Source of the DNA: a virus
DNA length: 64,000 nucleotides
Direction: 5' to 3' (one strand)
IMG/VR virus record: IMGVR_UViG_3300045988_098116
Location: 19,627 to 83,626 of that record
This document shows, one piece after another, positions 7,768 to 14,802 of the stretch (position 1 is the first letter of the stretch; the number at the start of each line of letters is the position of its first letter). The translations under genes and the position numbers were made by a program. The notes beneath the pieces were generated by a model that was not told the origin of the DNA, searched no databases, and was given only the letters and a program-made list of their open reading frames with translations.

Positions 7768-7941
7768 ATGCTCGTCACCAACGTGATAAAGCGCGAATAC
7801 CCCTTCACCGTCCGCCGCAAGCGGGACGGCGAGATTATGACCATGCTCATCACCGCCGAAAGTGAGTCCGCCGCCCGTCTGCTGCTTCCCGACACCGTGG
7901 AGCTGGTGGGACCACGCGAACCCCACAGGAAGGAGGAATGA
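7768..7941 (+). CDS. hypothetical protein
   Basis: ATG 7768 preceded by GAAGGAGG; 57 aa; ends ...RKEE*. Confidence 0.45.
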   Translation: MLVTNVIKREYPFTVRRKRDGEIMTMLITAESESAARLLLPDTVELVGPREPHRKEE

Positions 7942-7948
7942 CCCCATT

Positions 7949-8950
7949 ATGCCAAGACCCGCCCCTCAAATCATTGGGAAAAAGTTTGGACACCTTACCG
8001 TCGTCAAAAAAGCCGAAGAAAAAGGCCGTACAAGATACCTTTGCCAGTGCGATTGTGGCAACAGCGTCGAGGTCTTTGCATCGAGCATTATAAGTGGTCA
8101 CACGAAAAGCTGTGGCTGTATAAAGCGCGATCAGCCTGCGCATAACTTCTTCGATATTACCGGGATGAAGTTCGGGCACCTCCATGTGCAAGGTGTCGAC
8201 CACAAATTTAACGGGAGGGTTTATTATAAATGTCTGTGCGACTGTGGGAAAGAAATCGTTGTTCTCGGAAACTCTTTGAAGCGTGGTGCTACACACAGTT
8301 GTGGATGCGCACGATCTCAGGCGATTTCAAAAAAAATACGCACACACGGCGAGTCCTCCACACGGTTATTCCGGGTTTGGACCGGCATGAAAAACCGATG
8401 CTATAACAAAAACGAGCCGTCCTACCAGAATTATGGCGCTCGCGGAATCGGTGTATGCTCGGAATGGTTAAACAGCTATGAAGCGTTCCGAGACTGGGCT
8501 TTAGCAAACGGCTACGACGAAAATGCGCCCTACGGGGAATGTACGCTTGACCGAATTGACACAAACGGAGATTACTCTCCGGGGAATTGCCGTTGGGCAG
8601 ATCTTACAGTTCAGGCCAACAATAAGACTACCAGCCACTTTATTGACTTTCGCGGTGAGCGCCATACCATAGCAGAGTGGAGCAAAATTTTGGGCATCCC
8701 AAAGCATATTATAAACACTGGGCTCCGTGCCGGTAAGCCTTTTTCGGAAATCATTGAGCTACCACATATTAGGAGAACCTATATAACACTTGGTGGAAAG
8801 ACTCTCTCTATTTCGGCATGGGAACGCGAAATGAATCTTGCGCAAAAAACTATTTCGCGGCGATTAAAGCAAGGGTGGAGCGCCGAGGATGCAATATTAA
8901 CACCCTCAGCCAAAAAGAAAAAGGAGTGTGCAAAAAATGGGCAGAAGTAG
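7949..8950 (+). CDS. DNA-binding protein with two tandem Zn-ribbon modules and a degenerate HNH/AP2-associated region
   Basis: Two repeats of G-KFGHL-V...C-CDCG...SCGC. Then RVWTGMKNRCYN...YGARGI..C.EW and LDRIDTNGDYSPGNCRWA..QANN, a pattern common in phage HNH/AP2-type proteins. Visibly A/T-richer than flanks. Confidence 0.55.
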   Translation: MPRPAPQIIGKKFGHLTVVKKAEEKGRTRYLCQCDCGNSVEVFASSIISGHTKSCGCIKRDQPAHNFFDITGMKFGHLHVQGVDHKFNGRVYYKCLCDCGKEIVVLGNSLKRGATHSCGCARSQAISKKIRTHGESSTRLFRVWTGMKNRCYNKNEPSYQNYGARGIGVCSEWLNSYEAFRDWALANGYDENAPYGECTLDRIDTNGDYSPGNCRWADLTVQANNKTTSHFIDFRGERHTIAEWSKILGIPKHIINTGLRAGKPFSEIIELPHIRRTYITLGGKTLSISAWEREMNLAQKTISRRLKQGWSAEDAILTPSAKKKKECAKNGQK

Positions 8951-9980
8951 CCGTGCAGAAATGAAATTGTGCCAAGCAACAGATTCCTACATCAAAAACT
9001 GCGCCGCCACCGGCGCTTCTCCCCGCACCGTCGAGGCGTACACCGCCACGCTGGAGAACTTCGTCAACTTCTTCATCGAGTCCAAAGAGAATTACGCCGA
9101 CCCCTCCTACGCCACCATCCTTTTGTGGCGCGACAACCTGATCGACAGCGGCTGCAGCAACTACACCGTCGCCCTCTACGTCAACCGGCTCCGCACCTTT
9201 TTCGACTACGCCAGCGACCCCGAGTGCGGCGGCTGGTACGCCAACAATCCTGTCTCCCGTCGCCTGACGCCCGACACCCGCAAGACCGCCCGTCGTCCCT
9301 ACGATGTGCTTCTCACCGACCAGCAGGTGATGAAGCTTTGGCGCAACGACAAGCCCGCCACCGCCAAGGCGAAAACATGGCCCCGGAATTACGCCATCGT
9401 CATCATGCTTCTAACCACCGAGCTCCGCAACGCCGAGCTTCTGGACCTCACCCCGGCGGATCTCCACTGGGAGGACGGCGAACTCTCCGTCGAGAGCGGC
9501 AAGGGCAGTAAGTTCCGCCGCATCGAATTTCCCGACATCGCCCAGTCCGCCGTCCGTATCTATCTGGCCAGCGGCATCCGCCCGAAGGATCTTCCCGACA
9601 CAGCGCCCCTGTTCGGCAATACCGCGCCAAAGGGTTCCTTCGGTCCCCGCACCGGCGATGAGAACCGCGAGTGGCAGCGCGGCTCTCGTCAGTGGCTCTC
9701 CACCCTTGTGGAATCCCACGTCAGGGCAGTCACCGGCGTTCCCGACATCCGCAGCCACGACCTGCGCCATGTAGGCGCCCGCATCGACCTCAACGCCGGT
9801 ATGAAGCAGGAGGAGCTTCAGTCCAAGCTGGGTCACACCAATCCCAACGTTACCCAGCGCTATTCAGGCCGTCTGCTTTCCCGCACCGGCAAGCGCTCCG
9901 CCGCCCTCGTTCTCGAAGCCCGTGAGCGTCAGGCGGACATCAATGCCAACATTTTGGCCGGGAGGGTACAAAATGCGTAA
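8937..9980 (+). CDS. int: tyrosine recombinase/integrase
   Basis: ATG 8937 ten nt after AAGGAG. SAM-like core-binding N-terminus (SPRTVEAYTATLENF). Catalytic region RNAELLDL...SHDLRHVGA...LGHTNPNVTQRYSG (R..H-R-H..Y). Confidence 0.85.
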   Translation: MGRSSRAEMKLCQATDSYIKNCAATGASPRTVEAYTATLENFVNFFIESKENYADPSYATILLWRDNLIDSGCSNYTVALYVNRLRTFFDYASDPECGGWYANNPVSRRLTPDTRKTARRPYDVLLTDQQVMKLWRNDKPATAKAKTWPRNYAIVIMLLTTELRNAELLDLTPADLHWEDGELSVESGKGSKFRRIEFPDIAQSAVRIYLASGIRPKDLPDTAPLFGNTAPKGSFGPRTGDENREWQRGSRQWLSTLVESHVRAVTGVPDIRSHDLRHVGARIDLNAGMKQEELQSKLGHTNPNVTQRYSGRLLSRTGKRSAALVLEARERQADINANILAGRVQNA

Positions 9981-9997
9981 AGATTTGTCACCCGCCA

Positions 9998-10026
9998 TTG
10001 ACGCGCCCGCCCGTTTGTGCTACAGT
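9998..10026 (+). promoter_or_regulatory. candidate sigma70 promoter of an orphan ~140-nt transcription unit
   Basis: TTGACG (9998-10003), 17-nt spacer, TACAGT (10021-10026). Confidence 0.4.
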
Positions 10027-10144
10027 AAATGTGATGCAGCCCTCCCTTTACACACAGGTTGCGTCTCCCACTTTTCAAGCCCTCCCGCCGCCGAGTGTTA
10101 CCCCCCTTCACTCCCGGCGGGAGGCATCTTTCTATTTCGCCCGT

Positions 10145-10171
10145 AAACGCCCTCTGCGGCGTTTCTTTTTT
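10145..10171 (+). terminator. rho-independent terminator
   Basis: AAACGCC-loop-GGCGTTT followed by CTTTTTT. Confidence 0.7.
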
Positions 10172-10201
10172 ACCCGTCAATCTACCCTCCTGTTAAAGTA
10201 G

Positions 10202-10249
10202 AAAGCCCCCTGTGACACTCTGTGCGCCGCAGGGGGCTTATTTTTATTT
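10202..10249. terminator. bidirectional terminator between the integrase arm and the endolysin
   Basis: AAGCCCCCTG-17 nt-CAGGGGGCTT flanked by GAAA on one side and ATTTTTATTT on the other. Confidence 0.7.
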
Positions 10250-10289
10250 CTCCGGTCGTTTTTGTCCTATCGCCTTATGCGCTCCGCGG

Positions 10290-11564
10290 TCACTTCACGA
10301 TCTCCCACGTGCCGCTTTTCCCGTCCGCGCTCCGCGTCACCTTCACGGTGTACGTTTCGGTCACGGCCGGCTGTTCCGGTGTCTCCGGCTGTTCCGGCTC
10401 CTGCGGCTTTTCCGGCTCCACATATTCCAGCCCGCAGAACTCGCACAGCGCCTTGCAGTCCGCCACAGCGCAATCCTCCATGTGCTCGTGGAACCACGCC
10501 GCGTCCTCCGGGTTGTCGTGGTACACGTGCTCCTGGTACACGGCGTAAGCGTTGGTGTCGTCCAGCTCGTGCAGGTCGCTCCGCGTCGCGGTCCGGCAGC
10601 CGTGGGGGTAGATGGCCTTGCGGTACTTCACCATCAGCTCTGCCAGCTTCTTCCCGTTGGCGCTGCTGGGGTGGTACATGGACAAAAATCCCTTTACCGT
10701 GCCGTGCCCGGTGGGGCCGTTGGTGCTGCCGTTGGTGTGGGACACATAGTGCACCTTTGCGCCCCACTCGTTGCTCTCCTTGATGGCGCGGTACATATAG
10801 TCCGGGCCGTACTCGTCGCTCATGGGCGTCCGGCGGGGACCGCGCATGATGTCAAAGCCGCACCGCTCCAGCATGGGCTGCAAAATATCCAGAAACTCAT
10901 TGTTTTCGAGAGTTTCAAAACATTGCTGGCCATCGGGACGCTTATAGCAGCACTGGTTGGCCTTGTGGTACGCCGGGGACAGATAGATCTTCGGCTTCTC
11001 CGCCGGCGCGTCCTCGTCGCTCTCCTGATAATCCGGGTAGCCGAAGGTGTACGAGGACTTCACGCTGGCGTACTCCTTCTCGTACACGCCGCCGCCGTTG
11101 ACCACCACGCCGCTCTGCGGGCTGGTGTTGCCCTCTATGGTGCGGAAGCCCTTGCCCACGATCTCCGTCACAATGCCCGTGTGATCGTCGCCGAAGAATA
11201 CCTGTGCGCCCACCTTCGGCGTAGTGCCCAGCTGCCCCGCAGCCTTGAAGTACCGCTTCAGGTAGTACACGCCCGCGCCCAGACTGTCATCCGGCAGGTT
11301 CTGCAGCCGCTTCGCCTCTGCTACGCCGAACGCCTGCACGTTCACCCACGCCACGAACGTGGTGCACCACGGGTATCCCTGCTTTTTCCCGTTGTAGAAA
11401 TGGGGGATGGCGTCAATGTCCCGTGCGTACTTCGTGAAGTTCTTGTCCCCTGCGTTGGCGGTCTTGCTGTCGAGATAGTGTGTCTCCGGCGTGTCGTTGG
11501 AAGCCTTCTCAAGATAGCCCAGCTCCTCCCGGGCTATCTTGATGACCTTACTGGCGCCGTTCAT
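10290..11564 (-). CDS. endolysin: N-terminal CHAP domain plus Amidase_3-type N-acetylmuramoyl-L-alanine amidase
   Basis: CHAP Cys/His context (GYPWCTTFVAW...DDHTGIV). Central IYLSPAYHKANQ...VSHTNG...YQEHVYHDN pattern of MurNAc-LAA. Last gene of the lysis cassette. Confidence 0.85.
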   Translation of the reverse strand: MNGASKVIKIAREELGYLEKASNDTPETHYLDSKTANAGDKNFTKYARDIDAIPHFYNGKKQGYPWCTTFVAWVNVQAFGVAEAKRLQNLPDDSLGAGVYYLKRYFKAAGQLGTTPKVGAQVFFGDDHTGIVTEIVGKGFRTIEGNTSPQSGVVVNGGGVYEKEYASVKSSYTFGYPDYQESDEDAPAEKPKIYLSPAYHKANQCCYKRPDGQQCFETLENNEFLDILQPMLERCGFDIMRGPRRTPMSDEYGPDYMYRAIKESNEWGAKVHYVSHTNGSTNGPTGHGTVKGFLSMYHPSSANGKKLAELMVKYRKAIYPHGCRTATRSDLHELDDTNAYAVYQEHVYHDNPEDAAWFHEHMEDCAVADCKALCEFCGLEYVEPEKPQEPEQPETPEQPAVTETYTVKVTRSADGKSGTWEIVK

Positions 11565-11782
11565 GCTGCTTCCCCCAGGTCCTTCTCCTTCTTATAGCTG
11601 GCGCTGGAAATGCCCAGCACAGCACCGAGGAAAACGGTGATGCAGGAGATGGTGCTCACGATCTGCTCCGCATAGGGCCAGCCCCAGATACCGGCCAGAC
11701 CGGAGTACAGCGCCGCAATAGCGGGCAGCACGATGATAACGCACCACTTGATGATGTCATACATACGATTGCTCAGCTTCAT
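11561..11782 (-). CDS. holin (Dp-1-like, two TM helices)
   Basis: 73 aa; IIVLPAIAALYSGLAGIWGWPYAEQIVSTISCITVFLGAVLGIS resembles the Dp-1 holin family pattern; overlaps endolysin start. Confidence 0.7.
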   Translation of the reverse strand: MKLSNRMYDIIKWCVIIVLPAIAALYSGLAGIWGWPYAEQIVSTISCITVFLGAVLGISSASYKKEKDLGEAA

Positions 11783-11801
11783 AGTTACTTCCTTTCCGGC
11801 T

Positions 11802-12110
11802 TTACGCCTCTCGCTTGATGGGCAGCTTCCTTACTTCCTCCATGACCCGTTTTGCACTGCCGTTGCCGCCCATCTTTTCATACGGCTGGTACAGATAGTC
11901 ATTGAGGTTTTCGTACTCATCCTGCGTGACGTACCCTCTCGTCACGTACACCATGCCAAGATGGATGATGCGGTCATGCGCCAGACCCACCAGCATCTTC
12001 CGCTCCGCGTTGTTCTTGTCCGCACGCTTCGATACCAGTGCCCACAAACCGCTGCTTGTCAGCACCGCTACCGCCAGCGGTACGGCGATCTGCTGTACCC
12101 ACGGTTCCAT
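11802..12110 (-). CDS. N-terminally membrane-anchored protein of the lysis cassette (function unknown)
   Basis: 102 aa, one N-terminal TM helix, position immediately upstream of holin. Confidence 0.45.
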   Translation of the reverse strand: MEPWVQQIAVPLAVAVLTSSGLWALVSKRADKNNAERKMLVGLAHDRIIHLGMVYVTRGYVTQDEYENLNDYLYQPYEKMGGNGSAKRVMEEVRKLPIKREA

Positions 12111-12212
12111 TCGCCGCGTTCTCCTCTCAAATTATTTTTGCACCCTCGACACCCTTCGACCGTTTCTGACACGCCACCTGTGCTATCCTGCTTGCAGAAA
12201 GGAGGTGTTCCC

Positions 12213-12338
12213 ATGCCCGAGTATTTCACCCTGTTCAACGCCGTCACCGACGCCATTGCCCAGCTTGAAAAGGCCGTTGCCGCACTTAAACAGGCACAGA
12301 TCCGTGCCGAGGAAGCCTACATCCAGCGGGGGGAGTAA
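12213..12338 (+). CDS. 41-aa coiled-coil micro-ORF on the opposite strand
   Basis: ATG 12213 preceded by AAAGGAGG; MPEYFTLFNAVTDAIAQLEKAVAALKQAQIRAEEAYIQRGE. Confidence 0.35.
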   Translation: MPEYFTLFNAVTDAIAQLEKAVAALKQAQIRAEEAYIQRGE

Positions 12339-12350
12339 TCTCCCCGCCCT

Positions 12351-12506
12351 TTATTCTGCGTACACGCTCTCGATCAGCGCACACAGGTCCGTGTACTGCT
12401 CGTCCGTGATGCGCCCCACGGCGAAAAATACGTCGCACTTCTGCTGCGCCTCCTCCCGGGTCTTGTAGAACCGCTTGTTGATGAGCTTCGTCATAATGTT
12501 GTACAT
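12351..12506 (-). CDS. XkdX-like small tail-fibre-associated protein (51 aa)
   Basis: AAAGGAG RBS. MYNIMTKLINKRFYKTREEAQQKCDVFFAVGRITDEQYTDLCALIESVYAE. The ...ITxEQYxxL tail and its position after fibre genes recall XkdX-family proteins. Confidence 0.5.
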   Translation of the reverse strand: MYNIMTKLINKRFYKTREEAQQKCDVFFAVGRITDEQYTDLCALIESVYAE

Positions 12507-12530
12507 AGTCGTTCTCCTTTCAGTTTGTCG

Positions 12531-13365
12531 TTACGCTTCCTTGTGCAGGCGGATGCACACGATGCCCGAGCCGCCGGCAGCACCTTTTGAGCGCCCTTGG
12601 GGCGAATCAGAAGCAGTACCGCCCCCTCCACCAGAGCCCGTATTTTCCTGACCAGAGGTTGCCTCTCCAGCGATACTTCCACCATTTCCTCCCCCGCCTT
12701 CGCCCCCAACACCTGCGGTACCTTGGCCGTTCCTATCGTACGTAGAGCCACCGCCACCTCCGCCGGCATAAAGCTTACCGGTAGTCTCGCCAAACTCTCG
12801 TGTAGTAGTGCCTTGTCCAGAACCGCCTGTGGAATAATTGTTATATGTGTTTCCTCCGCTGGAGCCGTCGGAGCCACCATTAGCTGCATTTTTTGTAGCC
12901 GTCGTGTTAGTTGTTCCACCAGCTCCTCCACCAGAGCCACCAGGGCTGCCAATGTAATATGAACCTGAATTCCTACTGCCGCCTTCAACAGAGCTGCCAA
13001 AAGCAGACGTAGAGCCTCCGGGGTTTGATGGGTCAGTATAAGAAGCACTTTCTGCACCACCGCTTCCAATGATTATTTGATATCCCTGTTTCGCCATTGG
13101 GATTATATTGGTTAGCGTTTTTGTAAACCCGCTACTGCCACCAGCTCCACCATTGCCGCCGTTGGACGCTGCTCTCCCACTGGCCCCTCCCCCAACAAGG
13201 AATACATCAATAGGTGTTTCCTTCTTGAACGTAATCACACCACTGGTCAGCAGCTCTACCACACCATCCTCAAGCCGTTCGTTGTACGTTCCGGTGTACT
13301 CAAACTCTAACCGTTTAGCAGTACCCCCCCCCCGCAATTAACGCTTTGCCGATAATCATGCTCAT
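12531..13365 (-). pseudogene. glycine-rich fibre-like paralog P3; start codon and body are in different frames because of a G10 tract
   Basis: ATG 13365 (GGAGG RBS, ATGA-coupled to upstream gene) reads MSMIIGKALIAGGGYC* and stops at 13315-13317. The body (TAKRLEFEYTGTYNE...GGSGIVCIRLHKEA) is in the +1 frame. 9 or 12 G would give one ORF colinear with P1/P2. Confidence 0.7.
13324..13333 (-). repeat. homopolymer G10 (C10 on + strand)
   Basis: Counted directly in the sequence. Confidence 0.95.
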
Positions 13366-13628
13366 CCGATAACCTCCATATCCGCCTGATAGATGGTTTC
13401 CACAGCCTCGCCCAGCTGCTGCGTCAGGCTGTCTATCTCCTTGTTGGCCTCCTCCAGTGCCGTCAGAACCTCTTTGCCGTCACGGTAGAACTTCCCCTCC
13501 GTGTACGTGTCGCCCATGCCCACAGGCCGGTCGCCTGTGTACACCGCCGAGGGAAAGAACTGCTCGTTCCGCTTGTCCATTTCGATGATGTTCGTAACAA
13601 CACCGTTTTCCACTAATGCGTATCTCAC
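13362..13628 (-). CDS. hypothetical protein (possible fibre assembly factor)
   Basis: 88-aa ORF between glycine-rich paralogs, translationally coupled to P3. Confidence 0.5.
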   Translation of the reverse strand: MRYALVENGVVTNIIEMDKRNEQFFPSAVYTGDRPVGMGDTYTEGKFYRDGKEVLTALEEANKEIDSLTQQLGEAVETIYQADMEVIG

Positions 13629-13641
13629 TTAATCACGCTCC

Positions 13642-14763
13642 TTAATCCGAAATCTTGGTGGCGTTTGCGGTGAACCATGCGTAGAACTCCGGAGAAACTA
13701 CTTGATAGCGATTCCAGAATTTTATGGTTTTTGCTGTTGATTGCCTCCACATGTTATGTGTAAAGTCATATACCAGTACATAATTTGTCGACAAATCACC
13801 GGAGTTATGCCCAAAGCACAGATCGGTTGTGCCAGAGAATGCTCTTGCGCCCATCACGGCATAAAGGCTGGAACCGGCATAGACAAATGTCCCGTCATAA
13901 TCGAAGTTCTCTGTAAACAAAGCGCTCGGCATGGTAAGTGTGTCATTAAACCTCCACGTTCCACTCAGCACGTTCTCAGTGGGGTCGTCTTGGTGCAGGC
14001 GGATACACACGATACCGCTGCCGCCAGCAGTCCCTTGACCGCCGGTGCCTCCACCACCAGCAAACCCTTTCCCGCCGCCGCCACCGCCACCGGTATTAGC
14101 TGTAGCGTCAGTTGTGGAATTCCCGTTTGCACCGCCCCCTTCACCGCCAGCTCCCGCAGTTCCATAGTTTCCGTATATTCCTTGACCGCCGCCACCTCCA
14201 CCGGCATACAGTTTTCCGGTTGCTTCGCCAAACTCTCTTGTGGTGGCGCCTTGCCCTTTCCCAGGGTTTCCGGTTGTTGCGCTACCGACATTGCCACCAT
14301 CAGCTCCGTTTGACCCTCCATCACCAGCGTTTGTTTGCCCGCTTGCAGAAACGCCGCCTTTACCGCCGCCAGAGCCGCCGTTAGCAACAGTTCCACCTGT
14401 AACTGTGTAACCAAAAGCCGAAGTCTCCCCGCCGGAGTTGCCACCACCGGTGCCGCCCGCGCCAATAACAACTTGGTATGCCACCCCTTTTCGCAACAAA
14501 GCGTTTACAATAGTTCTTGTGCATCCACCGCTACCTCCGGCTCCGCCGTTGCTGGATGTTCCAATAGACACACCACCGGCACCACCGCCAACCATGAATA
14601 CATCCACATACGTATCCTTTTTCATCGTAAGGATACCGGTTTCCAAAAACTCCACTACACCGTCTGCGGTACGCTCATTGAATGTACCGCCCGTGTAGGT
14701 GAAATCCAGCCGATTGGCAATTCCGCCGCCCCCTGCTGTCACCGCTCTGCCTGTAATTGCCAT
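13642..14763 (-). CDS. glycine-rich fibre-like paralog P2 with extra ~110-aa C-terminal domain
   Basis: GGAGG RBS. Shares N-terminus (..AGGGGIANRLDFTYTG...VVEFLETGILT), core TTREFGEATGKLYAGGGGGG and GGSGIVCIRLH with P1/P3, then a non-Gly domain (WRFNDTLT...FYAWFTANATKISD). Confidence 0.75.
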   Translation of the reverse strand: MAITGRAVTAGGGGIANRLDFTYTGGTFNERTADGVVEFLETGILTMKKDTYVDVFMVGGGAGGVSIGTSSNGGAGGSGGCTRTIVNALLRKGVAYQVVIGAGGTGGGNSGGETSAFGYTVTGGTVANGGSGGGKGGVSASGQTNAGDGGSNGADGGNVGSATTGNPGKGQGATTREFGEATGKLYAGGGGGGQGIYGNYGTAGAGGEGGGANGNSTTDATANTGGGGGGGKGFAGGGGTGGQGTAGGSGIVCIRLHQDDPTENVLSGTWRFNDTLTMPSALFTENFDYDGTFVYAGSSLYAVMGARAFSGTTDLCFGHNSGDLSTNYVLVYDFTHNMWRQSTAKTIKFWNRYQVVSPEFYAWFTANATKISD

Positions 14764-14802
14764 ATAAACCTCCGTTCCCGACCTCCGAAACGGAGGCCGT
14801 GT

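Larger units (their letters stand above)
1..10000 (+). mobile_element. Right-hand ~10 kb of a second integrative phage-like element (or an accessory arm of the adjacent prophage); left boundary outside window
   Basis: All genes co-oriented on +. Phage-type content (ORF6N/KilA-N antirepressor, RHH, Zn-ribbon mini-ORFs, tRNAs). Terminal tyrosine integrase 8937-9980 followed by terminators. Confidence 0.5.

Noticed and set aside
9981-10290. attL/attR core: searched by eye for a repeat of the 63.8-64.0 kb sequence (including the tRNA 3' end TGGCAGCGGGAGAAGG) near the left end of the prophage
   Set aside because: No match of 8 nt or more was found. Boundaries are therefore given only approximately.
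10212-11597. 461-aa plus-strand ORF opposite the endolysin. Similar long antisense ORFs occur at 22111-23694, 25768-27267, 30273-31964, 35485-36849, 41515-42978, 43048-44451 and 55791-57755.
   Set aside because: Arg/Pro/Ala/His/Leu-rich low-complexity translations with no RBS, lying opposite genes with clear homology signatures. These are typical shadow ORFs of high-GC DNA.
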